64,000 bases of DNA from Salinispira sp. (GCA_965226555.1 CBDDDG010000014.1:128001-192000); one strand, 5' to 3'. Positions 10,001-19,644 are shown, counted from the first letter of the stretch. Program-made: numbers and translations. Notes: generated from the sequence alone by a model not told the origin.

Positions 10001-11879
10001 AAGAAGTACAAAACCCGATGATATCATATTCAGCGCCGGTAATTATCGCATTGAAGATGATGTAAGCGGGGGTATTATAAACGAGTTTATTCCGATGTTT
10101 AATGCCAATCGTGAAGACCCTGCCGTTATCCAGCTTGTTACGAATCTGAACCGTATTATTGAACAGCGCGCGGGAAGTGATCTTCAGGAATCTTTGAATC
10201 AGGAAAATGAACTGCGGGGGCGCCTCAGTGAAGAGATTTCCCGCTATGTTGCCATACATAGCGAACCGGAATTTTCTGTTGAGCACTACGATATTAATGC
10301 CCACTATTATACCTTTTTCTATCCAATTTACTGGTTTAACGACAATTTCACTGCCGATTATCAGGGAACTATCCGTTTGGGCATTTCAACTGAAATTATT
10401 ACCCGGCAGATTCGCGATACCCAGCGGGCAATTCTTTTCCAGATACTCCTTTTTACCCTTTTTGCAATATTAACGGGAGTGGCGGGCGCCTTTCTTCTTG
10501 CCTCCATTACTGTTCGTCCCATTAACAAGCTGGTAAAGGGAGTTGAGCGCATTAGAGATACAGAAACAAAATCTGATCTCAGGGATGATCCCATTACCGT
10601 TAATACCGGCGATGAACTTAACTTTCTTGCCGACACCATTAATCAGATGACCGATGGATTGATCACGGCAGAGGTGGCGAACAAATCTCTCATGCTTGGT
10701 AAGGATGTTCAGAAGATGTTCATTGCCCTTGATCCAAGTCCCTTCGATGAAAAGGTCAAGGCAACCACCTGCCACAGAGTAGAAAAATTTATTGAATTTT
10801 TCGGGTACTACGAGGGCGCCAAGGGAGTGTCGGGCGACTATTTCTACTATGAGAAAATTGACGGGCACACCTATGCCATGATTGAATGCGATGTATCCGG
10901 TAAGGACATTGAAGCAGCCCTCATCATGGTAACCGTGGCGACCCTCTTCCTCCAGCACTTTAACGGTTGGCAGGAGAAACAACTCCGCCGGAAGCGCATA
11001 GCGCATCTCACAAAACAAACCCAGCCGGAAACAGTACTTTCCGGGCTTGCCGCAACGATAAACGAGATCATCTACGCCCGTGAATTCAAGGGTAAATTTG
11101 CCGCCTTCACCATGCTCACACTCAATGAGGAAACCGGCGATGTTACCTTCTGTAATGCGGGTAATAACGTTGTGAATATTTATCGCAGAAAAGAGAAAAA
11201 GGTCATTACTCTGGAATTGAGCAACACCCCCGCAGCGGGAGCGGTGAGCGAACGGATTGTCGGAATGCCCATCAACTTTCCAGAGGAACATTATCAGCTT
11301 GAGCGGGGCGATATCCTTCTTCTCTTCACCGATGGTTTTGAAGAATCCCGCCGATATCTGAGGCATGAAGACTGGTCTGTGTATCAGGAAAGTGAATATG
11401 AGGGAGAGGAAGGAAAGAAGGGCATGAATGAGCTTGAAAAGAATATGGCTCCCTACCTTCTCGGGCAGGATGAAGGAGGATTGGGTGAAGCCTTTTCCAT
11501 AAATAGAATTCACAACATCATTGAATCCGCAATATCCTGTCGTCCTTATCACCTCACAAAATTTAACAACCCTGCCGGAAATGAGCAGTTCACCTTCGAT
11601 TTCAGTACCATGCCGCCGGATTTACCGAATATAATCCTTGCGCTTCTTTCAATTGAAAAAATTTTCCGTCTGGTACCGTTGCCGACACTGACAAATGAGA
11701 ATAAAATTTCCATCGATAAGAACATTGATGATTTCCTGAAAAAATATTTCGTACAATATGAAACCTATTTCCACCATCCGCTTTCGGAAGACGAAAATAG
11801 TTTATATCGGAGATATAGTTATATTTCCGAAGATTCACAGTATGATGATCTGACAATTCTCGCTGTTCAGAAGAAATAG
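7026..11879 (+). CDS. Membrane sensor with periplasmic BNR/propeller and Ig-like domains, HAMP and SpoIIE (PP2C) phosphatase domain
   Basis: SADMGNNWS Asp-box; TM helices; HAMP (RPINKL..DELNFLADTINQM); PP2C motifs VSGDYF, CDVSGK, LFTDG, DDLTILAV. Confidence 0.9.
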   Translation: MRALFKIIPIKTIPVILCSLFVFPLFAQQIGSNSIFLEPPRNLVSSDVRFPEVISFDNEIYIFYQRVVSAHGAQEQSVLYRTSSDGDEWSDEQAIIENIPLASEIVPPIFSVAHNAQELSVAVSVSDEFSEIFTYARGSERWFRDIIDSNGAELISPQIFAASGGIMFFASQRTIGAGGGSGAGGAEYKSIIYAFRPTAGSFSAPRILPVPDDQELVSNPYLFEYRNRMYLAYENRIFDPGFGISNQIYMTTSADMGNNWSAPVLATDFIDVSDRSDENISQVSYINQNPRLYEDSDGTLLLLIDRNRQGQNTRVSLSRLDDSGRVRRYQNRENQYISDNTRSSSAGGFFIYGGRKYILYYFDTIGASTIRIASEENGNWVPAQISSGSGIQFLPRVVNHRGQLHFFWLRRPGFTGQTSSLIYRQPDQVVAVPRVIPLNYTSGEITNNREVVYSLQLPSDPSGLESLHYSWTQNESPPGSDFVNVGLVNRLSLLADRDGAWNLFLYVKDKAGNRSQNVHSIYDIDITPPAPVSFEPILTDNEGYVPSNTVSLKWFQNTEDSISGYRVALEYLGPAEGIAAEGSVAEESADGEEQTELYRQGISEGIFPNSSSVQTANVFSLKNADNGLWALVVRAIDEAGNVGAGSVEFLRLNKYIPVTRLDIVNIRENLLGNYELSFIGRGYTTDGIVSSIVFDRDALAPWDYEFFITNDDYTINSDRLISNIVLSEVPTGEYIVGLNHSDRGTYFYPEPLSFETNGAVKLGAYDLYLPESSFSLIESIRMIPVRNVIVFIVVFLLILIILVSMFRIWSILKDSRELGAEIEALTEGQVSPAARHMQERITAMQKRGLGLRIKFIIFILILVTAVVAVVSIPLSNFILSNQRQTLVQGLEDRIQIMLESLATGAAGELNSNNVINIIRGLAQLNNQVSAMEEIEFITVSSRPNPNIPGLDQESREYIWSTNDPLLLADEQEREVYLAAINEADRELEYFQRRSTKPDDIIFSAGNYRIEDDVSGGIINEFIPMFNANREDPAVIQLVTNLNRIIEQRAGSDLQESLNQENELRGRLSEEISRYVAIHSEPEFSVEHYDINAHYYTFFYPIYWFNDNFTADYQGTIRLGISTEIITRQIRDTQRAILFQILLFTLFAILTGVAGAFLLASITVRPINKLVKGVERIRDTETKSDLRDDPITVNTGDELNFLADTINQMTDGLITAEVANKSLMLGKDVQKMFIALDPSPFDEKVKATTCHRVEKFIEFFGYYEGAKGVSGDYFYYEKIDGHTYAMIECDVSGKDIEAALIMVTVATLFLQHFNGWQEKQLRRKRIAHLTKQTQPETVLSGLAATINEIIYAREFKGKFAAFTMLTLNEETGDVTFCNAGNNVVNIYRRKEKKVITLELSNTPAAGAVSERIVGMPINFPEEHYQLERGDILLLFTDGFEESRRYLRHEDWSVYQESEYEGEEGKKGMNELEKNMAPYLLGQDEGGLGEAFSINRIHNIIESAISCRPYHLTKFNNPAGNEQFTFDFSTMPPDLPNIILALLSIEKIFRLVPLPTLTNENKISIDKNIDDFLKKYFVQYETYFHHPLSEDENSLYRRYSYISEDSQYDDLTILAVQKK

Positions 11880-11926
11880 GGGAGCCGCAGAGGGGAAGTA
11901 GAGGAGAAGTAGGGGAGATCGGCAGT

Positions 11927-12292
11927 ATGGTTCATTTTTTCTGTGAAAATTGCGGCAACAAGGTGAGGTCCAGAGACAAGATATGCCCGAAATGCGGGAA
12001 ATTCTTTTATCAGGTTCGCTGCTCACACTGTAATTATGAAGGAGCGGTTGAACGTTTTCTGCGCGGCTGTCCAATATGCGGATATCGGGAAGAACAGCCG
12101 CCGCAACGGCCGAAACAGGCGCAACGGCCGAAACAGCCGCTGCCGCAGGCATTTCTCGGACACAATGCCGAATTGTACAATACCCGGGCGCCGGCAGCGG
12201 AAAGAAACATGCTTACCGATTGGATATTTACCGTTCTCGGGGTCTGCATTTTCATCGGGTTCATGGTTGCTGTGCTTATTTATATATATTAA
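11927..12292 (+). CDS. Zinc-ribbon membrane protein
   Basis: Four CxxC pairs, C-terminal TM helix. Confidence 0.8.
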   Translation: MVHFFCENCGNKVRSRDKICPKCGKFFYQVRCSHCNYEGAVERFLRGCPICGYREEQPPQRPKQAQRPKQPLPQAFLGHNAELYNTRAPAAERNMLTDWIFTVLGVCIFIGFMVAVLIYIY

Positions 12293-12312
12293 TGCACGGT
12301 AAGGAAAAATAT

Positions 12313-13518
12313 ATGCCGGAAAAGAATAGAAGGTTTTCACTGTTACGGACATTCATTTCCTCATTCAGGAGTCTGGCAACAGATTTTAAGAGGGAGCATC
12401 TGCACATACTCCTCATGGTTTTTTTTACTGTCGTGGTAATTGGGGGAGGAATTGTGTTTCTTATTGAGCGGGATGCGGACACCGGAGTTTTCCGTTCCCT
12501 CCTCGATGCGCTTTGGTGGGGTATTGTAACACTTACAACGGTGGGATACGGCGATTATGCCCCGGTATCATTAACTGCCCGTGTTATATCGGTAACAGTA
12601 ATGCTGAGCGGGGTGGTTATTACCAGCATTCTTTCAGGAACAATTGCGTCAATTTATGTAGACAGAAAAATTCGGGAGGGCAAGGGCTTGAGCGATATTA
12701 CATTAAAAAATCATACGGTCATATGCGGATGGAACAGATACGGTCGGGGGCTTATTGAATCGCTTCTGTGCCAGTTCGGACAGGAGGTGTTTCAGATAGT
12801 CATTATCAGTGAGATGACGCCTGAGGACTTTGATGATCTGAAAATTGCATTTCCGAATACAGAAATCAAATTTATCAGAGGCGATATTGCCAGCGAGGCA
12901 ATTCTCATGCGCGCAAACATTTACGCTGCGAAGAACTGCATCATCATCCCCGATGAATCCGGCGGTAAATCGTTTCTGGCCGCAGACGATAAAACCATTC
13001 TTTCGGCCCTTGCCGTTAAGGGCATTAACGCAGATATTCATCTCACTGCTCAGATAATTCATGATCAGAATGCAGCACATCTTGAGCGGGCACAGGTAGA
13101 TGAAGTAGTGTACGGCGATGAAATTATCCGCCACATTCTGAGCAGCAGTACGGTTACCCATGGAATCCCGATGATACTCCAGGAACTGCTTGACCCGATA
13201 TCTCCAAAACGCCTGAATATCCAGAAAATATCATCATCCTTCATAGGAAAACCTTTTGGAGATTATGCAGCCCATCTTATAAGCGGCAATAAAGGTATAT
13301 GCATTGGACTGCTGAGTGAAGAACGAACGACAAGTCTTATCGATATTCTCAGCGAAGATTCATCGGGTATAGATGCCTTTATCAGACGGAAATTTTCCGA
13401 GGCTGAAATTGATCTGGATAAGGAGCAGGATGTCAGTCTGAAGATCACGATCTGTCCCGATTCGGACTATCGCATTTCGAAGGATGATTCCGCCTTTCTT
13501 ATCGGAGGTGTCTCATGA
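12313..13518 (+). CDS. Potassium channel with RCK/TrkA-N domain
   Basis: TLTTVGYGD selectivity filter; HTVICGW NAD-binding fold; start 12313 (or 12292) rather than 12076. Confidence 0.92.
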   Translation: MPEKNRRFSLLRTFISSFRSLATDFKREHLHILLMVFFTVVVIGGGIVFLIERDADTGVFRSLLDALWWGIVTLTTVGYGDYAPVSLTARVISVTVMLSGVVITSILSGTIASIYVDRKIREGKGLSDITLKNHTVICGWNRYGRGLIESLLCQFGQEVFQIVIISEMTPEDFDDLKIAFPNTEIKFIRGDIASEAILMRANIYAAKNCIIIPDESGGKSFLAADDKTILSALAVKGINADIHLTAQIIHDQNAAHLERAQVDEVVYGDEIIRHILSSSTVTHGIPMILQELLDPISPKRLNIQKISSSFIGKPFGDYAAHLISGNKGICIGLLSEERTTSLIDILSEDSSGIDAFIRRKFSEAEIDLDKEQDVSLKITICPDSDYRISKDDSAFLIGGVS

Positions 13519-14057
13519 GTCCTGTCACACAGAAAGAAAACATTGTCAGTCAGAAGGAATTGGAGGTTCTGAAAAAGGTTCAGATTCTTGCCGATCTTAC
13601 TGAGGATGAACTCCATAAGGTCATAAAAAAAACACGCCGAATGAATGTGAAGGCAGGTACTCTTATCATGGAAGAGGGGAGCATGGAGAATACCATGTAT
13701 CTCTTTGTCTGCGGTGTCGTCGACATTACCAAATCGCTTACCCTCAAAATTGCCAAAAGAGGCTTCGAACATGTTGAAAAATCCATGATAAAGCTCGATG
13801 CCAATGTTGTCTCCTTTTTTGGTGAAATGGCCATGATAGATGCATCTCCGCGCAGCGCGAATGTTATGGCCTCAACCGATTGTGTTATTCTGGAATTAAA
13901 AAAGGACGATTTTGAACATATCTCCGAAAAACATCCTGTTATTGGTCTGAAAATTCTCCGCCGCATCTCCCATGTTCTGAGTAACAATGTACGGAAGGGA
14001 AACGAAGATGTTCTGAAGCTCACAACGGCGCTGAGCATTGCGCTTTCGAGGCAATAA
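13515..14057 (+). CDS. Cyclic nucleotide-binding domain protein
   Basis: FFGEMAMIDASPRSANV motif. Confidence 0.9.
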   Translation: MSPVTQKENIVSQKELEVLKKVQILADLTEDELHKVIKKTRRMNVKAGTLIMEEGSMENTMYLFVCGVVDITKSLTLKIAKRGFEHVEKSMIKLDANVVSFFGEMAMIDASPRSANVMASTDCVILELKKDDFEHISEKHPVIGLKILRRISHVLSNNVRKGNEDVLKLTTALSIALSRQ

Positions 14058-14060
14058 GGC

Positions 14061-14594
14061 ATGGCACATAAACGGCATATGCTGCAGGTACTGTTGCTCC
14101 TCATGTGTTCCGGAATTCTCTGCGCGCAGGAACCCGTTCCCGATCGTTTTACCGATATCGTGCTCGGGCAATCGCTTGAGCAGGTGAAGACGAGGCTGCA
14201 GTCGCATCCCCTTTTCGATTACCGCGGAGATCCCGACATCAGTTTGACACCGATTGACCGTCAGCCAATAATTGAAACTCAGGGACTTGGGTTTATGAGC
14301 GCAGGTATTTTTCAGTTCAGAGATGAAAAGCTCTACTCCATTATTCTTCGGCTCAATGAAAATCGTATGGATTTTTTCACCATGTATACCCGACTCACCA
14401 ATACATATGGTGAACCGGCCTATCTTGATCCCCATCAGACCTACTGGGAAGGTAATGGACAGCGCATGGTTCTTGAACAGCCGGTCATCGTAAAGTATCT
14501 TGATATGGATGTTTTTAACCGTATCCGGGAAGAATCTGCGGCTTCAAAGAGTATAGATGAATACACACGCGGGGTTTTTCTTGATAATTTTTGA
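14061..14594 (+). CDS. Hypothetical exported protein
   Basis: Signal peptide; operonic spacing. Confidence 0.75.
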   Translation: MAHKRHMLQVLLLLMCSGILCAQEPVPDRFTDIVLGQSLEQVKTRLQSHPLFDYRGDPDISLTPIDRQPIIETQGLGFMSAGIFQFRDEKLYSIILRLNENRMDFFTMYTRLTNTYGEPAYLDPHQTYWEGNGQRMVLEQPVIVKYLDMDVFNRIREESAASKSIDEYTRGVFLDNF

Positions 14595-15105
14595 GAATGA
14601 GCGGCATCGACAGACCCTAGTCTCTCCGATCTGTGTGCGCAGGCAGAATTGTTGCGTCTGTGAGCGGCAGATCCCGCTGTTTCTCCTGTGTATATGTATT
14701 ACGTTTTCTCTGTCCTGCCATGAAAATGAAACAATGCTTTACCCTTTGAGCGTTGGCGGCAGAGAATTTTATGTTGAGCTGGCAGATTCTGACGCCGAAC
14801 GCCGGCAAGGGCTCATGCATCGTCAGAGCCTGGCAGCCGACAGCGGCATGCTTTTCGTATTTCCCGACAGTCAGCATCGGTCTTTCTGGATGCGTAACAC
14901 CTACATCAATCTCACAATAGCATATATCGATTCAGAGGGTATTGTTATTGATATCATAGACCTGACAGCGCTGGATGAAACACCGGTGTTAAGCAGCAGG
15001 CCCGTTCAGTATGCTCTTGAAGTTAATAGAGGCGCTCTTCAGGGAATATATCCTGAAGCACTGGTAGATTTCAGCAGAATTCCCAAGTGCAGAATTGAGA
15101 ATTGA
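14557..15105 (+). CDS. DUF192 family protein (start uncertain, possible lipoprotein)
   Basis: VELAD..ERRQGLMHR, GMLFVF, FWMRNT, YALEVNRG. Confidence 0.85.
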   Translation: MNTHAGFFLIIFENERHRQTLVSPICVRRQNCCVCERQIPLFLLCICITFSLSCHENETMLYPLSVGGREFYVELADSDAERRQGLMHRQSLAADSGMLFVFPDSQHRSFWMRNTYINLTIAYIDSEGIVIDIIDLTALDETPVLSSRPVQYALEVNRGALQGIYPEALVDFSRIPKCRIEN

Positions 15106-15159
15106 GAATTGGCGCTCCGTGGCAGGTGTATATCACAAGAGTGATTATCCGCTCTGCGC

Positions 15160-15976
15160 GCAGTCCGAGCGGCGATAATTAATGCGATCCGTTCCGTAAT
15201 GTCCGCTTTGAATGTTTCCGCATTCATTCTGAACATTTTCGCTACCTCCTTACCTCTCGGTTCTTTTGTTCTTTCTGAAACTTTTGCATTGGAAAATTGT
15301 GCTTGCACAATTTCCAGTAGCAAAAGTTTCAAATTTGGAATGCTTTCTTTGTGCTTGGCATTCTCCAATTTTATAGAAAGTTTTGCCTCTGGCAAAACTT
15401 TGCTTCTAATTGCTTCATTAACGTATCGAAGTCTATAACAATTCCGAACATCGAATCTACCACGCCGATAAATTCCTTTATCAGCTCCAGCGATTCCTCA
15501 TTCAGCATTTCTGCTATCGCTTTCTCCACCTTCCGAATGTCCCAATCCGTATTCAGCAGATTTTTCGAGTACAGATCAAGGTACATAACAGCCGCAAACA
15601 TTCTTCCCCGCTGCTGCAGCTGCTCCGCAGAATAATCGCTCACGCGTATCAGATCGTAGGGAAAAGGAGCAAGATACTGCGGGAATTCCCGCGTGTTCTG
15701 CTCTCTGACATTCCCGGGCACCTTCCATTTTCTCGTACCATTATAAAACACAATGGGCAGAAATATCAACTCGCAGTCATCGGGAATTGCGCCGGAGCGG
15801 TGAATGTTCCGATAGAGAAGGTTTGTGTACTCCGACATGCGAAGGGGCATGTCTTTGTCCATGCGCCTCCGACAAAGCGTTGAAGAAATTGGAGCATTAT
15901 TGCGGGTTGGAACAGCAGGGAGCGGTATCCTTGGTCGTAGGGAATGGGGGCGGGTTTTTCTTTGAAATCGATCATA
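15160..15976 (-). pseudogene. Rpn-family nuclease pseudogene (subfamily C; copy of 59868-60989) with deletions and hairpin-element insertion
   Basis: Near-identical segments to 59868-60989; internal deletion/frameshift near 15860; 131-bp insert; truncated C-terminus. Confidence 0.9.
15277..15407 (-). mobile_element. Hairpin MITE-like element inserted in Rpn gene
   Basis: Absent from paralog (cagttagaaagaac near 60591); flanked by TTCT/TTCT. Confidence 0.85.
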
Positions 15977-16061
15977 CAATCCTCCTGAATGTTTCTTATG
16001 AACGTTTCTTTCTGAATAGGGGAGTTCCCATGGCGACATGGTCCCATGGTGAATTCTCTCC

Positions 16062-16160
16062 TCTATATCTATAACGGGTAAAAAGTCATTTTTAACTATG
16101 TTTTTTGAGAAAATTTGAAAGAATTTTGCAAAATTTGTGAATTTTTTTCAGGGAGTCGGG
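16062..16160 (-). promoter_or_regulatory. Conserved Rpn 5' leader
   Basis: Reverse complement matches 17570-17670 and 59691-59785. Confidence 0.7.
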
Positions 16161-16332
16161 AAGGGAGGGCTCGGGAAGGGGTGCGCGTATGGTTGAATTC
16201 GCCGGGTCAGACGGGGTTGTGTTGACAGGGGGAGCCCTGTGCTATATTATGCGGAAAGTCAGTAAGACAGGCGATGAAGACTTGAAACTGGGTACCCGCT
16301 TTGAAAAAATCAACAGGGAAATAAATCCCGAA

Positions 16333-16462
16333 ACAAAATTTTGCCTGAGGCAAAATTTTCTACAAAATGCGAGAATGCTAAGCACATAGAGTCATCCAAA
16401 TGTGAAACTTTTGCTACTGGAAATTGTGCTCTGCACAATTTTCCAATGCAAAAGTTTCTGGA
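16333..16462 (+). mobile_element. Hairpin MITE-like element inserted in Rpn gene
   Basis: Paralog reads aatcccgaaggagaa uninterrupted at 18581-18595. Confidence 0.85.
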
Positions 16463-16474
16463 GGAGAAAGAGTT

Positions 16475-16717
16475 ATGATGAAAAAAGTTCAGATGAGCGA
16501 TTGGTTTGTCAATCAGGGACGGGTTGAAGGTCTTGAGCAGGGAATGGAGAAAGGCATTCTGAAAGGTCGGCAGGAAGGACTGCGGACAGGCCGTGAAGAA
16601 GGCATTCGAGAAACGGCCCGCAGTATGTTTTCGGAAGGCTTGTCAACTGATGCTGTTCAGAGGATTACCGGGCTGAGCGATGAGGAAATGCGGACAGTGC
16701 GGAACGGATCGCATTAA
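16475..16717 (+). CDS. Putative RpnS-type small C-terminal protein (80 aa)
   Basis: GGAGGAG then ATGATG; intact frame to TAA. Confidence 0.55.
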   Translation: MMKKVQMSDWFVNQGRVEGLEQGMEKGILKGRQEGLRTGREEGIRETARSMFSEGLSTDAVQRITGLSDEEMRTVRNGSH

Positions 16718-16735
16718 TTGGAGCCGCTCGGCCTA

Positions 16736-17015
16736 GGATGTCAGTACGGTAACGAATATGTCTGCTATGTTTCAAAACGCAATCAAATTCAATAGCGATA
16801 TCTCAAACTGGGATGTCAGTTCGGTAATGGATATGAGCGCTATGTTCTCTAGTGCGGCCATCTTCAATCAGGATCTTGAGGAGTGGAAGGAACATTGGAC
16901 GGCCGAAACCGGCAATAAGCTTACTACCGCTGATCCATCCAAATATACCGGAACCACAACAAATATGTTTCAGGGTTCCGGCGTAACAACAACGCCGTCA
17001 TGGTATGAGTATTAG
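16736..17015 (+). pseudogene. DUF285 (BspA-like) surface protein C-terminal fragment
   Basis: DVS.VTNMSAMF..A..FNSDISNWDVSSV repeats ending PSWYEY; no N-terminus. Confidence 0.85.
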
Positions 17016-17059
17016 TTTCATAGCCCGCAGTGGCTAATGAAATGTTGCAATTCAACTTG

Positions 17060-17350
17060 GGCAGGCAGCGCCTGCTCGCCCAAGCATCCGGCTCGCCCAT
17101 GCGTCTGTCAGGAATGCTTTTTCTGAGCTTAGCATTCTCGCATTTTGTAGAAAATTTTGCCTCAACAAAGTTTTGCCTTGGAAAATTGCGCAAGCACAAT
17201 TTCCAGTAGCAAAACTTTCTATACCTTGAGAGAATCAAGAATATGGATGAGAGAAAGCTCATTGAAAAATTGTGCGGAGCACAATTTTCTGAGATGAGAG
17301 AATCCTCATTGGAAAATTGTGCAGAGCACAATTTCCAGTAGCAAAACTTT
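17060..17350. repeat. Cluster of hairpin-element modules
   Basis: GC module, gaatgct/agcattc hairpin, three (g/a)aaaattgygc..gcacaattt hairpins, ataccttgagagaatcaaga (also at 57399). Confidence 0.85.
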
Positions 17351-17406
17351 TTACAAAAATTTCCCATTTTGTCATACACCGTTCATATGTAACCCGTCTA
17401 TATGGT

Positions 17407-17565
17407 ATGAGCAAAAAGTATATCGGCATGGTACACGCTGGAAATATGCCTTCGAAAATCCTCAGATATTCCGGGACTTCATCCATTCATACTTCAACAA
17501 AAACCTCGCGCGGAGCATTGTCCACGGGAGCATAGAGCGCATCGACTCAGAGCACATCAGCCCCC
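17407..17565 (+). pseudogene. N-terminal remnant of a further Rpn gene
   Basis: RWKYAFENPQIFRDFIHSYF..SIERIDSEHIS resembles Rpn N-terminus; related remnants at 35925-35995 and 59493-59580. Confidence 0.55.
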
Positions 17566-17569
17566 CATT

Positions 17570-17676
17570 CCCGACTCCCCGAAAAAAATTCACAAATTTT
17601 GCAAACTTTTTTCAAATTCTTTTCAAAAAACATAGTCAAAAATGACTTTTTACCCGTTATAGATATAGCAGGAGGT
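17570..17676 (+). promoter_or_regulatory. Conserved Rpn 5' leader with RBS (AGGAGG)
   Basis: gaaaaaaattcacaaattttgcaaa...acccgttatagatatag shared with other Rpn loci. Confidence 0.7.
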
Positions 17677-17722
17677 ATGTATGAGTAATGCCGGATACAA
17701 TATCCATGATATTGCGTTTAAG

Positions 17723-17878
17723 ACAAAGTTTTGCATTGGAAAATTGTGCAAGCACAATTTTCCAATGCAAAACTTTCTACAAAATGCGAGAATGCTCAGC
17801 ACATAGAGTCATCCAAATGTGAAACTTTTGCTACTGGAAATTGCGCAAGCGCAATTTTCCAATGCAAAAGTTTCTGTG
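17723..17878 (+). mobile_element. Hairpin MITE-like element (long-arm variant)
   Basis: Same modules as 16333-16462; splits the HDxxFK motif region. Confidence 0.85.
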
Positions 17879-18601
17879 AGTATCTATGGCACCCCCGAGG
17901 CGGCAGCCGATATTCCACGGACAATTTTTCCAGAAAACATCGTTAACATTATGGATTTAGATGCTATTCGCATTGAAAACACCATCTACGTTGACAAAGG
18001 GCGTGAGGTGCTCTGCGACCTCATTCTCATTATTCCCCTCAAAGGGGAATTCGACGGTTTACGAATCGTGCTACTTATTGAGCACAAAAGCATGTTTGAT
18101 CCGAAGGTCAGCGAACAGTTCGATAAGTACCAGAGAGCCCTCATAAACAGCAGGACATTTCAGGCGCAGACCGACCTTCTTGTTCTGGTGCTGTGGTATC
18201 ATGGAGAAGCAGTATGGGATGGCGATATCAGTTTCCACAGTTCAGGGGATGTGCATACACACATACCGGAAAAATTGTATGCAATGATGGAAAAATACCT
18301 TGCGAGACCAAAGGTTCTCAATAGGCCTGTGATGGTCGATGTGAATAGGATGAGCGAGGAGGAGTTTACCCGGGGGTCAGACGGAGTTGTGTTGACAGGG
18401 GGAGCCCTGTGCTATATTATGCGGAAAATCAGTAATACAGGCGATGAAGACTTGCGGAAGGTTGCGAAGTATCTGAAAGAGCTTCCCGCAGAGAATTCCC
18501 GAGAGATGATCCCGAACCTTCTGCTCTATCTGAAGGGCTTGAAACTGGGTACCCGCTTTGAAAAAATCAACAGGGAAATAAATCCCGAAGGAGAAAGGGT
18601 T

Positions 18602-18844
18602 ATGATGAAAAAAGTTCAGATGAGCGATTGGTTTGTCAACCAGGGACGGGTTGAAGGTCTTGAGCAGGGAATGGAGAAAGGCATTCTGAAAGGTCGGCAG
18701 GAAGGACTGCGGACAGGTCGTGAAGAAGGCATTCGAGAAACTGCCCGCAGTATGTTTTCCAAAGGATTTTCAGCCCATGACATTCAGGATGTTACCGGGC
18801 TGAGCGATGAGGAAATTCTGACAGTGCGGAACGGATCGCATTAA
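18602..18844 (+). CDS. Putative RpnS-type small C-terminal protein (80 aa)
   Basis: AAGGAG upstream of in-frame ATGATG. Confidence 0.5.
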   Translation: MMKKVQMSDWFVNQGRVEGLEQGMEKGILKGRQEGLRTGREEGIRETARSMFSKGFSAHDIQDVTGLSDEEILTVRNGSH

Positions 18845-18862
18845 TTGGAGCCGCTCGGCCTA

Positions 18863-19079
18863 GGATGTCAGTTCAGTAACGGATATGACATCTATGTTCA
18901 CTGACGCAGATGCATTCAATCGGGATCTTGAGGAGTGGAAGGATCATTTGCCGCTCCTCAATGACGCTGGCAAATATACCGGAACCACAACAAATATGTT
19001 TAAGGATTCCGGTTTGGATGCGAATCCGGATAGTAATGACGATAGTGGGGATCAACCGAATTATCCGTCATGGTATTAG
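18863..19079 (+). pseudogene. DUF285 surface protein C-terminal fragment
   Basis: DVSSVTDMTSMF..FNRDLEEW...PNYPSWY, similar to end of the gene ending at 44245. Confidence 0.85.
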
Positions 19080-19121
19080 TTTCATAGCCCGCAGCGGCTA
19101 ATGAAATGTTGCAATTCAACT

Positions 19122-19331
19122 TGGGCAGGCCGCGCCTGCTCGCCCATGCGTCTGTTGCTGAGGCTGGTCGGCGCTGCGCGGCTGCGCGCCTGCTCGCCCA
19201 TCCGGCTGAGACTGGGCTGGTCGGCGTTGCGCGCCTGCTCGCCCATGCGGCTGTTGCTGAGACTGGGCTGGTCGGCGCTGCGCGGCTGCTCGCCCCCAAG
19301 CATCCGGCTCGCCATGCGTCTGTCAGGAATG
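19122..19331. repeat. Degenerate tandem array of the GC-rich module
   Basis: Four gcgc(c/gg)tgctcgccc cores and three gctggtcggcg copies. Confidence 0.85.
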
Positions 19332-19407
19332 ATCGATACAAAGTAGTACTGGAAAATGATAATCAATATGGAAAATCGTTAATGAGCTGCGCGCAAAACT
19401 TTCACCG

Positions 19408-19644
19408 CTACCCCTCATTCAGTTCGGGAAAAAGATCCAGAACGGCAGGCTCACCGTCAGGGGAGGGTTCCCGTATGAGCTTTTCAATTTTTCCCTCCAC
19501 CGAACTGAGTTCTGTTTCCAGATTCCTCGCCAATACTATACCCTCTTCGAAAAGAGCGGTGGCTTCTTCCAGCGCCGCATCTCCGCGGCGGATTTTATCG
19601 CTTATTTCTTCAAGACGCTTCAAGCGTTCTTCAAAACTTTTCAT
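19408..19644 (-). CDS. xseB: Exodeoxyribonuclease VII small subunit
   Basis: SFEERLKRLEEI...LEEATALFEEG; follows xseA. Confidence 0.95.
   Translation of the reverse strand: MKSFEERLKRLEEISDKIRRGDAALEEATALFEEGIVLARNLETELSSVEGKIEKLIREPSPDGEPAVLDLFPELNEG

Larger units (their letters stand above)
16204..16717 (+). pseudogene. Rpn subfamily B 3' fragment, interrupted by hairpin element
   Basis: Matches about 18374-18844 with an internal deletion and a 130-bp insert. Confidence 0.9.
17681..18844 (+). pseudogene. Rpn-family nuclease (subfamily B) interrupted after codon 14 by a 156-bp hairpin element
   Basis: Removing 17723-17878 gives MSNAGYNIHDIAFKSIYGTPEAAADI...CDLIL...LLIEHKS; insert carries an in-frame TAG then an in-frame GTG (17819). 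Confidence 0.88.

Noticed and set aside
10470..11552. 360-aa antisense ORF
   Set aside because: Shadow of the SpoIIE gene; no motifs.
12076..12291. Long N-terminal extensions in the ORF track (also at 30927, 36514, 57416, 57719, 61298)
   Set aside because: They overlap upstream genes, repeats or leaders; downstream starts have a better RBS or family-typical N-terminus.
15039..18844. Invertible shufflon suggested by oppositely oriented Rpn leaders
   Set aside because: No site-specific recombinase in the window and no clean inverted recombination sites; homologous inversion cannot be excluded.
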